In this document: in pieces, positions 25,401 to 40,889 of the stretch
Layout: the number at the start of each line of letters is the position of its first letter
Position numbering within the stretch: position 1 is the stretch's first letter
NCBI GenBank assembly: GCA_965644265.1
Contig: OZ286462.1
Coordinates: 25,544,001-25,608,000 of the forward strand
Direction of reading: 5' to 3'
DNA: 64,000 nucleotides
Source of the DNA: Glycera tridactyla
Taxonomy: Eukaryota
Made by a program: the position numbers and the translations under genes
The notes under the pieces: generated by a model
Told to the model about the DNA's origin: nothing
The model's database searches: none
Seen by the model: only the letters and a program-made list of their open reading frames with translations

Positions 25401-27899
25401 ACGCATGTAATTTCACACACTCATCTTGATAAACTGCATTATAAATGGATTCATCGGATGATAAATTCAGAATCAAATAAATAAATTGAGAATCAAACCA
25501 GTGCTGGTAATTCTCTATCCAATGAATAAAGTTGAAATTCGATTCAATCCATTATTCTCGATAAATTATTCATAGCAAATGATGTGCCATGAAAGACCCC
25601 CTGATAGAGAGGCAGCATGGAGAGTACATGAAGATGTTTTGCCCGATTTTAGCATGGACGTCAAACGCGAATAGTCCCGGTATTTAGAGTAGAGGACGGC
25701 GTCTAGATTGGGGGGAATGCTAAGACAGATTCCACTGCACACGAAAAGCAGTTCTTCTCTCGTTACGGGTGTAGAACGGCTCTGGTCATGTGATGTACAT
25801 TATACAAGCGACTGTCAATCGGCGCCGATAGTGCACTTCACCTCATATTGAGAGGGAGGGGGACAGGTCGGCTATGACGTAACGTAGCCTGACATCTAAC
25901 CAGTGATGAGGAGTGTCATCAATATATGCTGAATCACCCTGGTTTCTCATATTCACGTAGTTCGAGAGGTTCTTCGTTTTATGGTAGGTCGTCTACAAAT
26001 ATGATGGAATGGCACAGAAGACATTGATATGAATCGAACTCACGTGTACCTTCTCCGATGGATAGTCACATATTGAGTAGACTAAACGGGGCAATAGGGA
26101 TGTTGCTGCAGATTCCAGCCATAGCTACCTATATACCCCTGTAACATAAGCTTCTCCTTGTGCTGCTCGTCAAGACTAGCGATGACCCGTTCATAATCCA
26201 CCGTTATGTGATTGCTTTCTTATTTATCATCTCGTCATCACCAGGTGACACTAAGTTACCTTCGTATGACACGAGGCGTGATGTGGCTTATGCTCATTCA
26301 AAAACTAAGTATAGCTGAACAGTCACTATTTGCTGTACTCAATAATATCAACAATAGACTATATTTCTTTGGGAACATTCTTCTCGTAGATTCCGGTGTA
26401 GGAGTCGGAAGGAAATATCTTTTGATTTTGATTTGATTCACACACTAAACTACACAGGGTTCTCATCTCCAGAATGACGAAAACACTGAATAAAACATCA
26501 AATACGAATCAATGTATGAGGATGATATATACAAATGAATTTTGAGATGACATTTTCTATCAAGATTAAGCTATCATCAGGTCTCTTTACCTTCAATCTA
26601 TTATATCTTTGTAATCCGAAAATGCATCTTTCTGATAGTGGAGGTACTGTCAATATGTATGGGGTAGGTAAAATCAAATTAGAACACAGGCAATAGCTAT
26701 CGGTGGATAGGATTATGATAATAGCTCGAATTGATCGAATTGATTTTGGATATTCGTGATTGACCAACTGATCTTCATATACAGTCGATCATCATCACGT
26801 CACCTCGGATCATCAGTTGGGAGGAACAATCACCAAGGGCACTGTTCTGGGGTTTGAACACAGGCTAGTACCATGTCGAATAATGAAGATTGAAGAGAAA
26901 TTGGCGCTCCTCATGATCGCGTGAGTGTCTGATTCGTTCACTGATCCCTCTTTGTTTGATTTGTCTTAACAAATGACTGAGTCTATGAACGACAAATGGG
27001 TCCTCCATCATGCGGTAGAAAACTTTGTGGCCGAACTGACAGCCACCGTATTTCTCTTCATCTGTTTTCACAATCTGTTAGGGTGATAGATTTGACTTTG
27101 TGCTAATTTGAGATACGTGGTTCTTATGCCAGTGATCCCCCACCAACCACTCGACCGATCAACAACCGACCAATCCTGATGACTGATATCATTACCTGTT
27201 TACTGAGATATCGAAGGCCTCCTCACAACCACACAGGACATTGCATGGCGGAACTGGCATTCCTGGCTTATGCATCTCAGCAACTACCTCTCGCGAACCA
27301 CCCCATGAAAACAATCGAACAATCACCTAAGGAACAACCAACCTACTTCACTACGGTACCCAACAACCGATTGTAGCTTTTCACAAAGCCTATGGAACTG
27401 GTAATTTCGACATGAAACAGGTTGGAGGTATTCGTCAAAACCGTCATATATATATAATAAAAGAGCTGAATTATTCAAAAGCTTGAAGCACTTGAAAGCC
27501 TCTTAAAGCACCTTTCGGAGTTATTATACCCTCCTTAACGGAATTGGGGGAGGGGGAGTATACTGGAATCACCCCGTCCGTCTGTCTGTAGATGAAGTTT
27601 CATGATGCAATCATTACTTTCGGCGTCATGAGGCTGAATGTCTAGGTCACTGGCACAATTCGCCTTCATTGATAGTGGCCAGGGGGGTATTAATTTGCCT
27701 CTGCAAATAGCTCTAGTTACTACCAACGAGCCGTGATGTATTTGACACGCCAATACAGACTTGCTATCAAGAAAAAGTACCTTGAGTAGCTAGACACTCT
27801 TTCTCCTGACTGGAGAACCGCGAGTCAATGCATGTAAATCTTGGCAGATCTATTCTATTCCATGAATGAATTAGTCAGGTGATGGCTCGAGGGTTTTTG

Positions 27900-28260
27900 A
27901 GCTCAGTGTCACGGGCTTGGTCGTGTCCGAAGTCCGCAGCTGAGGCACCTTTTGTTGCCATCGACTGAGGGCAAATTCTGATTTACCACATAGCCCATAT
28001 TTGGGGGATGAAGCGAACATATGCAACATTTCACCTACTACGAAAGTGACTACATATTCATGCGCATGTATCCAGATACAGAGGGAGACCACCCACTTGA
28101 ACGGATTTGCCATCTCATTTCGCGGTGCTACCATAACTGCAGTGTAACCTGAATTAAACAACCACTGCATCCAGCAACCACTTTCCAATTTCCAACTAGA
28201 GTGTTTTCCCTGTAATCTAATTTTGTTTTGCAACCATCTGTTCTGAGCAACCATTTCTGA
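27900..28260 (-). pseudogene. Possible decayed APE endonuclease fragment
   Basis: QNRWL ... GYTAV ... GGLPLYL loosely echoes TETWL ... GY ... GGGVxLY. Confidence 0.25.
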
Positions 28261-30769
28261 CTTCTACTGCACTAGAATGACAATTTGAGGGTGACCAAGC
28301 CTGTCACTGTATTTGATATGCATCGTGATGTGCGGTCAGAGCGGTTCCGATTCGCTACTATTCGTCCATCATAGGAGAGAATTGGCCCTTGGCAAGGTGA
28401 CGTTGATATCTGGCAGACGTTCAATGCTAGTAGGAAATGTGTACAGAGGTACGATTGGAGATGGGTCAGGTCATTAGTGGTAACAAAGAGAGCAAGCTGA
28501 TGACCTGCATGAGAGAGTCATCAGTGAATAACACATCAGCTGATGAGTAGCAGCCAAACAGCTGCTGGCACCATGGGGTCAGGACATTCAAGACATGGAG
28601 AACGAAAGACGAATAGAGAGAGAGGGAGAGAAAGAGAGAGAGGGGGGAGAGAGTGAGAGAGAGAAAGAGAGAGAGAAAGAAAGAAAGAGAGAGAGAGGGG
28701 GGAGAGAGGTAGACGGAGAGATGGACATATGTATGGATGCGTGGATGAATGACTTGATGGGCGAATGAACGAATTGACTGGTGAAAGGATGGATGGATGG
28801 ATGGGTGGATGGATTGATGAATGCATTGATAGATGGATCTATCCACAGAAGACCTGATGCAATGCTAAAAGCATGATAGCGTGTAGTCCATGTAAATCAG
28901 CCCTCTGTTCAACAGCTAACGAATAGTAGGATACCAGGAATGAAGCCTTCAGTGTCTCTGGAATACTCACATTCCAACCAAAAGGACGAATCTCGAAAGA
29001 TTCCTTCAATAACTGTGCATTGGCATATCACAGTCTAACATGCATGGCACTGGCAAAATGTGAATCCACGACCGACCAACAACGGCCGCATCATGCAAGC
29101 ATATTCTGGCCATTGCATCACATATCCTTGCTCGGTTAAATCGACAGGAGAAGTGGAAGTTGGTAGTAGTGAAAGATGATGTGAGGCCACTGGCAGATAA
29201 TGCAGGACTCATTCAGAAGTATCGGTGTGACTCGCCTTACCTATTGTTATTATCCACAATTGTAAGTTTCAGCCTCTTGTTAGTGAATATGTCGTGTCAT
29301 GTGTTCTGTATCGTTTCCTCTCTTGGTTTGTCTCCGTGATGTTGTTTCCTAGCAACTAGACTAGTGTAAGTACACGATGCATCACAACGAATTCACATGA
29401 CACATTAAAAATCACATGATACAAAACAAAATCATGTGACTCACTACAAAACCATAGATTGCTAACAGATGCCCTCAGTCGGAATACGAGCGACATGATT
29501 TATGAGTGAAAATACTTAGAAACGATTCTATCACTCTCATCCACCTCCTACGAGTTTTTCATTGAAATCATATATCCATCACATATATAATCTCACTGAA
29601 TATACCAGTACACAAGGCCTCGAGAAGTTCCACAATCACAAAATGTCATGTACAGCAATACAATACAAAATGATACTATGCAATGCAATGCGATGTAATA
29701 CCAGACACCATCATAACAGATTGTACCGAAGCGTAACGTAACGTCCGCACAGTACCATAAATTACCATACCATACCATGCCATACCATACTATAACAGAC
29801 CATAACATATGATAACATGCCACTATTCATCCTTTGCTCTCCACTCAAGACCATTGGACCTCGAACTCAGATCCCTTTGATGATAGCATGAGTGACTGGA
29901 ATTTGATGATAATCATTTTTTGACTTGCCAAATAGCCTTAGCACCCAAAGGGATGTGAGAAGGAACTAGTAGATCTGTGGAGAAACAAGCTTGTTAGGTT
30001 AACGGCGTTTACGTGCGTGTTAAGGATTCATCACCCCATGCCATCAACTCACCAGGTCCCTAGAATATGACTGGATCATATCGATCGGATGTAGGAAGAT
30101 TATCTACTTCTCTGGCGGATGTGAACATACTGACATCTTCAAGCCGGAGGTCCAGCACCTAGAAAGCTGCACAGCAGGGAAAGACTTGAGACAGATGAAG
30201 GGTCATGAGACATGTGATGATTGCTTTCGGGGGACTTTAGATATTGTACAACCACTGTATTGAGAGGAGTTACCCATCAACAATCACTGGCTTTGAATGA
30301 GGGAAGGCTTCCTAGCCATCGGATTACTGTAATAATTAAAGCAAGCATGCTCTTTCCCACAGAGAGATGGAGAGCAGGTGATGTAGAGGAGGCTGCTTCT
30401 TCGTATTTACTTGAGAATCACTTGCAGTTTTGATTGGCAGAGCGATACCCCCCCCCCCTCTCTCTCTCTCTCTCTTTCTCTCCAATTAGGATACAATGAC
30501 GTGTAGAATTCCTGGTTTTTGAAATAGGGCTCGAACTGACTAGTCACCCACTCAACGAAACCAGGCAGCCAACCAGAAGAGCAGGTTGTCTTGACATCGC
30601 GTGGTTATCTAGCTCAATGCGTAGGACATGTTACGAGGAAACACTGTCAGAGATTGTGGGAGATTAGTTGCCACGGAATTACTTGTTGTACTGGTGCTTC
30701 AGTTCAATTGTGCACTCGTGCTGTTGCCCTTCACTTTACTTCTACCTCAGCCCTACCAGTCGCTGCTGT

Positions 30770-30893
30770 TGTTATTATTGTTGTTGTTGTTGTCGTTGCA
30801 TCAATGATCCGCACTGTGCAAGTGGTGCTTTCGCTGGTTCCATTGCTGCTGTAGCTACTATGTCTACTGTTGCTGCTGCCACTGCTGTTGCTA

Positions 30894-30938
<45 letters not shown>

Positions 30939-31250
30939 ATGAAGAGGAGGGGGAGGAGGAATAGGAGGAGGACGATGATAATGCTCATGCTTTTAATGTC
31001 GCTATTACTGCTGCTTGTGCTGCTGTTCGTAACAATCACTGCTACCGCCACTGACGCAGCCACTGTTGCTGCTGCTACCATTGCCCCGGTTGCTGTCGCT
31101 GGTGCCGCTGATTTTGTTGATGCTCCTGATGTTGCTACTGTTACTATTACCGCTGTCACTGCTGCTCCTACCATCCATCATTCGCGGCTGTGTTGCTGCT
31201 GTTGCTATCGTCGATGTCACTGCCGAATCTGCTGCTGCTAATGCTGATGC
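30770..31250. repeat. Degenerate (GCT/GTT/GAT)n trinucleotide tract
   Basis: Gives poly-Ala, poly-Leu and poly-Ser ORFs in several frames. Confidence 0.9.
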
Positions 31251-33337
31251 ACACCTTCCGATAATCTTGTCCCCATCTTCATAAAATGATCAGAAAACTA
31301 GATATATTCAACGATGGCAGAGATACAATAGCTCCCAAGGCGGCAGGAGTGAACCCCCGGTTGTGCTCACCCACCTCACTGTCGTCGTCGTGGCTGTTGT
31401 ACAGGCACCTGCGGCAAACAAGCTTACAGGCAGGAGGCATGCTGCATGCATCCGTCCATCCTTTCCCCCCTACATTGATCTCTCACTGTGCCAGCATGCA
31501 CACACCCTGCTGCTTTCTCCCGCCGTGCCTCGCCCTTGCTTCCCATACATTCAATGGATATCTGTACAAGTTGCTCATCTGTCATCCATCAGCGTGTTTT
31601 TGACCCAATGGATTATCCTGCTGTATATATGCCACAATCGGTGAGTTGCATATAGATATCTCCATTTTGTCATAGTTGTTTATATGGTGTGCGTTAAGGT
31701 CCTGTTTCCCTCCTGTCTTATGACCTTTATATTCATATCCGCATTCTGTCTCTTCTTAGAAATATCCTGTAACTGGATTAATTCGGGCGTGATCTATTCG
31801 AAATAGGCTGAGCCATACTTATCAAATAAAGTGAAGCTGTTTATTGTGCAGGACTACATTATCTGGAGCGTGGGACGTTCCATGGACTGTTGTACAGTGA
31901 ATTGCAAAAGATTTCTAGATGAGAAGGAAGACATTGCGAATCTAGTAGATGCTTCCTTCTCGCAGCCCATTAATGAGTTGTCCGCGCTTTTCCTATCATT
32001 CATACGACTCGATCTTCTAACAGGAACAAGTTTACAGATATCTTCAAATGCCGATAGCATGGGTGATTCAATAAAGCATTTTGTACTGGTGATGGAAAAA
32101 ACCGTAGACCCCTGATGTGTGTTCTGTCGCTATCGTGATGTAATGCTCCAGGAAACGCGGAGACATTGGATCGATTACTGCTCATTGTGATGTAATGCAG
32201 TGTATGCTGACGTCAGCAATGTATGATCGATGTAAGCAGGTCTTGATGCCGCTCTGACGATGAGAGGATGAGGTATATGGTGAATCTGTTCAATGCTTAC
32301 AGGAAGGCACAACAGGTGATTCTCAACACTGAGATGGATGCTTTAAAATGAACTGCTGAAGCCTGACACACCCTCAGAATTTCAGACCGCACATATATTC
32401 CTTGTTTTAGCAGATTCATCTTCCAAAAAATGAGGATTAGAATGAACCAACGCCAGATATAGAAAAATGACATGTTTGCTCCTGTTCTCGTATTGCAAGG
32501 TGTTGGTGGGATAGTGTTCTCGGTTGATGATATGTGGATATGCATGTATCAATCACTCCAAACTCGACAACCTATCATTGTGGTGCGGAATGGGCGATAA
32601 ATCTCGTGAAAGTACCGAAACCAAGGACTGATTCGTTGTCCTTCTCACTTACTTATTCCGAGCATATTCTAGCTCGAGCTATGATGGTGCGCCACTGCTC
32701 TCTGTTGTGCTTGTAGACATACATCTCCTCAAGCTCTTGTCCAGTGCCCCTTCTGATGGCATCGGTGAAGGTGACAGGTATCCCTCACGAATACGCAAAA
32801 CGTCGATCTTCCATTTTCATGGGTTCCTGCAATGTCGTACACTCGAGGACATACCGGCTCAGAAATATAGATTGCAGAAATGCGACCACAAACTGTACGA
32901 CTGTCTGAGTTTTGAGTGAGATAAATAGAATGAATTGTGTACATTATAGGTTAGTATATCTAGTGTTTATGTAACAACATGATTGTACTACCTGGATATA
33001 GTCGAACTCCTCTACAGAACACCTAAATACAAAGTCTACCTATCTACGAAAGTCATCACAAGCGAGGATTGCCATACTTTTTACCTTCGAATCAATCTCT
33101 TTGTGGGAAGTACCTGTTCAAGGACATCTTTTCAGTGCAACCAAGGATGGTCTATGTTGATAGGTGGCCATATTGATGTAGAGCTCAACCCGCTGCTGAT
33201 GGTGACGTAATGCAGCGGTTACCGACGTCATCAATGTATGGGCATCGTGAGCAGTTTCTGGACACTGTACAAATATGGCGTTTCCTGATTATGTAATGTC
33301 CTCGAATGATGCATCTCCTCGGGGCGACTGTTGATAT

Positions 33338-33487
33338 TATAGTCAAACCTGCTGGAGAGAACACGCCCATAAAACCATCCGTCTGTGAGAGCAATAACTC
33401 AAGTAAAAACCCTCTACTAAGGCCACTTCTCTACAAAAGTTTTTTTTGCGAGCAACAAGGCGGTCTTTATTGACAGGTCCGACTGTG
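33338..33487. mobile_element. Degenerate ~150-bp MITE-like element
   Basis: Imperfect terminal inverted repeats TATAGTCAAACCTG ... CAGGTCCGACTGTG, reminiscent of TA-flanked CAGT-ended Tc1/mariner-pogo MITEs. Confidence 0.4.
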
Positions 33488-35769
33488 TTTGACATCATAT
33501 TTTAATCTATTTTGACGAATAATACGAAGATAAAGACTGGCAGTCGGAGTCAAGTTAGCTAACTGGAGCAACAACCTCACTCAGCCAATGCTGCCCCTTG
33601 AGTGTTAGACATTTAGTGAAAACATCAGCAGTATGAAACAAGGTCGAACACATTCCCCACTGTTTCGTAGTGCTTAGATTCACTTTCGCTTCGATTTAAT
33701 CTACCTGTTTAGATTTCAGCTGTGCAGTTGAAGGCAATCTTGGATGATGGTGCAAAAGAAAGGATTTTTATTACCATCTCCACAATATACGAAAAGATGC
33801 ATCGTATTAACATGTCAATATATGTATTCTCAAGAGACGATATAGACCTCCAACTTCGTTTCATTGAGTTGAGTTGAAAAATATAATCATAACAATAACA
33901 ATAACAAGTCTTTATTCACAAGTCGCAGATCATATATGTGCAGGCATGGCAAAAAAACAAAACGAACATCATGTGTAAAATTTAAAGTAAATTATGCCTG
34001 GCATATAATCCTGATGGTCCCCGGCCCCTGACGGGCCTTCCCGACTTGACATTTCATAGGGCTGATTTCCTTTAGGCCGAAACGTTGGCTGCGAGTAATT
34101 AAATAGTAACATATATTGGTATACATACTTCATTAGATTAGATTTGATTAAATTGAATATTCTATTCTAAATCATGGGTGAAAGTAACAAAATAGATGGT
34201 TTCGGGATGCACACATCTGTACATTTGATATTCGAACAATACACGAATTACAATGATGGTGGAAACTATGATAACTATGATAAATCATTCATTGTGCATG
34301 AAATACTGACAAGTTTGCCAGTCATATTGACGTAGGTGAATATTCTTTGTGGACAACATTTTTCATTTTTCATGTATTTTCACTTACGTCAATATAACTT
34401 GCGAACTTGTACGATACAAATTGGTATATGTCGGATTTATAGCAGAGGAATGGGACAGCCTGTTTCATCCAAAATGAGGCATTACTCGTATGCAAAGGAA
34501 ATAATGTTTACTTCAATTGTCCTAATAATCATTGAGCACGAACCCCCGTCGCGAAATTCAGATCAACGTCACGCAATTCGGATCGAATCAAATTATGACA
34601 TCAGTGGAACTGCTTCACCGATTGTACAAGGGAGAGACAAGAGCGAAAATCATTTACATCGAGGGAATGTATGAATCCGAGAATTTTAGTTCATTGGTCA
34701 TTTCGATCGAATTCCTTACAGCATACCGTGTGTGTTAGTATGTGAGATTGACGTCAGTGGTTCACTTTATGTAAAGTAAGAGAAATATTGCGCCTGGAGC
34801 GAGTGCATTTCTCTTATAGCTATTAGAATTTTCGACCGAGTGAAATGCTAGCCCTGTAATGCACTGTGAATTTATATTTTCACGGACATTATATTTAAGA
34901 ATTGGCATATTCCTTGAGTCTCATTTTACTCAGCCTGGGTTGAAGAGATGTTGAATATCGAACGATCAATCACTGAATCAATAAATCAAGCAATGATGTA
35001 ACAGATGAAGCAATTAACCAATTACTCGGTCAATCAATTGAGGATGGGGAGCATGGTGATATGGGAGTGAATGTTGTCTGGATAGTATATGACCTATACA
35101 CATGGCAGAGCTACCCACTGCTCATCTGAATTAAATGAAGACAGATCGATAGATCCAAGATTCTTTTTTTATTCAGACTGGCAGCATGATTCAGATTTAT
35201 CACGTGTCTACTATGGTCCTGATTAACGGAGGAGTGTTTGCAAATAACATTGTAAATGTTGAATGTATTCCATTCAGTTCCTATATAGCTTATGGTCCTT
35301 TTGTCTATTATTTGATGTTATTTGTATGGGAGAAAGCTGGCTGCAAGCTAATTGCGTTATCCATAGATATGTCACGAGTTTAGATACAGTTTATTCATCT
35401 TCAACATTTTCTCTCAATGCAACATGTTAACGTTTTCGACCTCAATATTGCCAGAGTTTGTGCGGTGACAAATCATAATCAAGCCTCGAAGGATTCATAC
35501 CTCATATCTAGTGTCTAGATGAACTATCAATATATTTGTTGTCATCACCAGTGTCCTTATGAGTAGAACCCGTATATGGAATAGATGGTTTCACACATTG
35601 ATTAATTGATGTCCGAATCTGATGTTTGCTTGTTCCACGTAGGGTTCCACGCCTTGCTTGAAATGCAAGCATTCCTATGGGACTAGAGTGCTAGCTTCTA
35701 GACAATTACATAGTTACATATGCCATCAATGAACTCATTCAACTTCATGTGACATGTCCACAGTGTTGT

Positions 35770-36050
35770 CTAAACTGTCAGCTACTTCCAATTGACGAGC
35801 TTTCTGCTTCCTTATCACCCTGTGCTAAGGGTTTATGAGAGGCTTATTCAGATCCATGAGACATGGACAAAAAACTGTCTGCATGACCTGTCAGCTACTT
35901 CCACTTGGCCACTTGTCTGGTTCCCTATCATCCTGTGTCCAGGGTTTATAAGAGAATGGACAGATCACTTAGCTTTCATATATCAGGGACACAAGGCGTA
36001 CATACTCCTCCAGGTTGATACATGCCGTTAATCAACAACCAAACCTAAAA
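35770..36050 (+). mobile_element. Family A copy with internal partial duplication
   Basis: CTGTCAGCTACTTCCA occurs twice (~35774 and ~35889). The second runs to GGTTGATACATGCCGTTAA plus a CAAC/AAAC tail. Confidence 0.75.
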
Positions 36051-38954
36051 TCCTACATGAGATCTATAAATGTTCGTCATAATAAGTAGTCATTTCGTTG
36101 AGTTTTGTGAACAACGATAAGGAGGCCCCACCTTTCGCAACATTATATCTGATAGAGGCATGCGCGTGGACACTTGGGCCATGATCTAACCCCTATGAAC
36201 AATGGCTAGCAGCTTTCCCTGCTCTTGCTGGCTAACCTATTCCAGTGGCCTTCATAGATCTGAAAATGGAATAGGCATGAATATCGTTGCTGAGTTCCCA
36301 AACCCAAATATCAATGACTGGTCATGTTTCGTGTATCGTCTCCAAAATGAATGTATACGGATCGGGGAAAATGCTCACCGAAATGCACCCAATTCCTGAA
36401 GGTTTGCCTTGAAATGATAACCAATCGCTCATATTGATTATATTTCACATAAACATAATTATCAGAGAGAGATACGGGCAATGGGTAAATAATCTGACTC
36501 GATCTCACGAATGTACGATGTTCTTGTTGTTCTCGATACAGGCAGCTACTGAGTGGCTCCGCTGGTGGGGGCAATATAGAGAAAATTCCCCATCCAATAT
36601 GACCTTCTAGTACTCGCCAGCAAATGATGAATCTAGTGGAAATGATTGGGATTCGAGTGAGGTTGTCGGTCGTGTTGGGGATGTGTCGCCTGTGCATATT
36701 ACGTATGCCATGACCAGTGTGGGTAAATAGCACAGATTGACATATCCGGTTCTACGTTNNNNNNNNNNNNNNNNNNNNNNNNNNNNNNNNNNNNNNNNNN
36801 NNNNNNNNNNNNNNNNNNNNNNNNNNNNNNNNNNNNNNNNNNNNNNNNNNNNNNNNNNNNNNNNNNNNNNNNNNNNNNNNNNNNNNNNNNNNNNNNNNNN
36901 NNNNNNNNNNNNNNNNNTGCTCGAATCAATTATCGGTCGGACCCTGAGGTGAATGCTGGCACATAGCAAACAAGTGGACATCGACGACTCCTGTGCATGA
37001 TCTGAGCTTGTCATACTAGGCTGTGTGTCCAGTATGATCTGCCTGAGCACCAATGGAGGACAGGGCCGCTGTGATGGCATCATGCACATATGCTACTTCA
37101 ATATGACCTTTTACCCAATCCATTTGCTGTCACGGTATCCATTCCTACCCAATGAGTATGGCTGGATAGTCAGCATGGGTCTCTGTTCATCTGTGAGAGA
37201 ATGGGATGCAATCGTGGCTGGGTCATCCAGCTGCTATTTTTGTGACGGTCTTGCTAGCTCATCGTATAAGACTGTCGACACAGTAGTTGGTGTCATGATG
37301 GGGGTCCTTTAAAGGTTCAGATCCGCAGCAAGTGATCGGGAGGTTTCTGAGCAATGCTATTCATCCATTCCAATGATAAGCATCATTTTGTGAAGTCATA
37401 CAGCATGATACCGAAACCTAAGTAAACATAATATATATGCAACAAAAACACACGTGTCACGAACGGCGATACGGTGTCTCTGCGAAATATTCGCCAAATC
37501 ACCATTTCGTTGACGCTGACAAATAAATTGTATCGATCTTCTCAGCTCGGATGCTTCTTTCACTCAGGAAAAAGTGTCTCCTTTTTGTACAGAAAATACT
37601 CGGACAGTGATGATAAATCACTGATGTTTTGCCAAGATTTTAGTTCTTTGTTGTGTTGCTTGAAAATACTCTTGACTGAGGGAATGAGTTAATATATTGG
37701 AGAACTTCGCTCACTCTCTTTCGAAATTGTGAGGTGGATCTTTCACGTTGCTCACATAATATAACACACGGTCGCTCTTTTAAAAACCAGTCGGCAGCAC
37801 TGGATTATCTGGTGATGGAAAATGGAGATAATCCAAGGCATATTGTGGAGAACCAAATCCAGCGTAATCTTGCTGAAATCGCTGTAGTTATCGGCCTGAT
37901 CTCTCCCTGTCACCAGCCATTCAGGGAGCAATCATTCCATTGACAGCATTGATATTCGCCGCCATTTTTGTCAGTTGTATTCTTACTCCACCATTTAACC
38001 TGGTAATCCTACTCGATTAGGCATCCATATCGATCGAATCAGACTCACGCCAGCTACCTCCAGCATAAGACGCATATTGAATTCCGATGATCTTCATATC
38101 TCTTCACCTGCCACCAAGTTCCCATGATTCAAAGTCTCCAGCGCCCCCCCCCCCCCCCCCGCCAACTGAACTGGATAGCACCCTCGAAGCTGATATAGCG
38201 TTGAACGGCATTGTATTCTTTGAGCTACATCGAGACGTCCATGTCATGGACTTAGAAGAAATTATCCAAGAGCCAAGCGGAGAATGAAAATCCAACTCCG
38301 GCTTTCAAAGCGTAGTAATCGAGACATAATTTTCATGAAGAAATATTCAGAACAATAGTCAGGTTTTGCTAACTTATTTTGTAGACAATACTTGATGTGT
38401 GAGAATCATAATCATGGGGTATCACTTTGCTACTTTTTTAATCTTTGTTTCTTGCTAACTAAAATGTACTTTTGTCTACAGGCAAGTGCTATTACAAGAA
38501 GGAAAGAACTGTCGGGGAATTCCCCCAACTCTTTTCAAAATCTTGAGATGGGCCATACACTCAGACACTGACGCACGCAGTTTGATGAAGCAGTTGGCAG
38601 CGATGTATTGGATTCTGGAGAGGATTGAGATTTTCTGACCGCGAATAGACTATAGTCCCTATTATCTTGAGAATCTCTCTCCCCGCCGGTCAAACAGGAG
38701 ACATAGGTTTGCCAATCAGTTGTGGCGAGTCGTAAACTAACAAGGAATGATTGGCATACAGGCTTGACCTACATTCTCTCTTCACGCCGCCAGAGTACAC
38801 TCTGTCTAAATCAATGCTGGCGGGCACGGCAAGCTTGCCAAACACTCAATTAAAGGCTAAAAAATCCAATTCACTTTCAAAATCGAAATGAATGTTTCTG
38901 TACCACGGACTAGTTGTGTCTGTACACCCAAGTGCCCTATTTCGGTGCTGTCGG

Positions 38955-39030
38955 AGCAGATATCTCCTGGCATCACTCTCACAAAACCTCAAGACGAGAT
39001 GTTGGGAACCAGGTAAATCGTCAGTTCAGC
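38955..39030 (-). mobile_element. Family A fragment
   Basis: CATCACTCTCACAAAACC..GAGATGTTGGGAACC matches the reverse complement of the family core. Confidence 0.6.
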
Positions 39031-40889
39031 CAAACTTCTATACAATTAACAAATGGATGATAAGTTTATTGATTACATTATGTAACTAACCGAGCTCACC
39101 ATCTCCGTCATCGTCATATTTCTGTAATGCAGCGAACACAAAAATGACGTCATCATTTTTGGTGTGGTGAGTGAGGATTTATGTCTTCACATCAATGGGA
39201 ACATGTAAGTTTTACCATGCTGGAGAAAGGATGCGCTCGATCCTGGCAAAAGCAGGAATGGAATTCTTCGGGTGCGGATGGACAGAAAAGGAAAGTGCTG
39301 AGTAGTTGAAGAAAATAATCGCCAACTTTTTTCATGAACTTGGAAAGATATAGCAACAGAATTACATCATTAGTCATGGTGCGACGGCCGTTAATTGGTT
39401 CGAGGATTTGCAATTGCGGCACCGTTTTGGTCCTGTCTTATCCGTAGTAGAAAAGTGTATATGTGCTTCTGCCGGGGACAATCCCCTGCTCCTGGCATCA
39501 ATTGAGTATACTCCATAAACTCGCAGCTAAATCGAGGACAATGTTCAGAACATGTTCTATGACACAAATCAAAAAGGTCAATTTGCTGAGAAAAACAATA
39601 CATGACTGTATTGCCCACATGCCAGGCGGTTAGAATGTTGGTTGTTGGATGGTATAGCTGTATTTGTACATGTCGCAACGTGTGGTACATACCTGAAGAG
39701 AAATGTCCCGGCACAGTCCATTCTGCGAATCAAAACTAAGGCATGTACTTCCTGCTTATAACGAGTTGCCCTTAATCTTTCAAACCGATTGTTTTAGCTT
39801 CTGGAAAAAAAATAAAATAAATGTGTCCTGGAGAAGATCGTCAAAAGCTCTCAAGCCGTGATAAGATCCATATTCCTTCAAGATACGGACTTCGGAATCT
39901 TCTATTTCCGTGTTTTTTATAATGCGAGACATCACCAACAGCAAACAACAAAATCAAATTTCAATTAGTAAGCATGAAATGAGCATATTGACCCGCGTGT
40001 GATGAGTTTTAAAACTCATTTGGGTTCTCTGCGAATCTCGCGGCCCTTGAGGCAAAATCTGAGCATCCGTATGGTGCGATGCGGAAACAACTTAATCAGT
40101 TTTGATGAATGATTCGCGTGTCAACAATCCTTGAATTATCACCCAAAGTTCATTACTTTTCCTGAAACTAGATGGCTCTGAATTATCCACAACATAGCGC
40201 CATCTCGCGTCATCAGGATTAAAACGATGGCCGACGAGTTGATGAGTGATATATTCCACGTCCGAGTTTACCTCTCGTCAGCACTATATGTGCGTGCTAT
40301 ACTGAGATGTGGTTTCAAAGCTTCTTTGATGGAAATGTGGTACAATTCTGAAGCCCTAGCATGCATAAGGGAGAATTATACCCTTCTTCGTGTCTCCATC
40401 AGACTTCTCCGATCCGATCACTGTGAGTATGGCTGAATAATTCAGTGATGTTAATGGCTCTTGAACTGGGGCTTGTTCATATGGAGAGAGTTGTTAGCTG
40501 TTCAGACTAGAGGCTTTGGAAAGCAAGAGGCGAAGTCCAGGGGTACAGAGCAACTGGATAGGGACTTTCGATGTCGTATATAATCTCAACCACGAAGTTC
40601 AAAATCTAGTGGGTAAAATGTGTAAATTTCGCAATCATTCAGGATGTCTGGATCATTTGCACCTGGTCTGTCTCACCATCTGGTTTAGGTTGCCATGGAT
40701 TACATTTAGAATTCCAAGAGATAATCCAATATGGCAGATACATTCACTCTCATTCTTGCCTATATTTTGTTATTACGCAATGTGGGTATTGCTCCCACTC
40801 GGATGGAAGACTGGTTGATCGGGTCTTGCTCGATGGCATTCATTGATCTAGAGGATTATCCATATCACTTGTTCCTGATCTGGGTGCTC

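Noticed and set aside
28540-28580. CTGATGAG followed by a hairpin
   Set aside because: No GAAA follows the stem, so it is not a hammerhead.
30668-31284. Poly-Ala/Leu/Ser ORFs
   Set aside because: They arise in several frames and on both strands from a trinucleotide tract.
34055-34100. Penelope-like hammerhead (CTGAT..GGCCGAAACGTTGG)
   Set aside because: The core reads CTGATTT rather than CUGANGA, and stem I cannot pair. At most a dead remnant.
34336-34674. THAP-like LCGQHF motif
   Set aside because: The upstream CxxxC and conserved Trp are missing, so it is probably chance.
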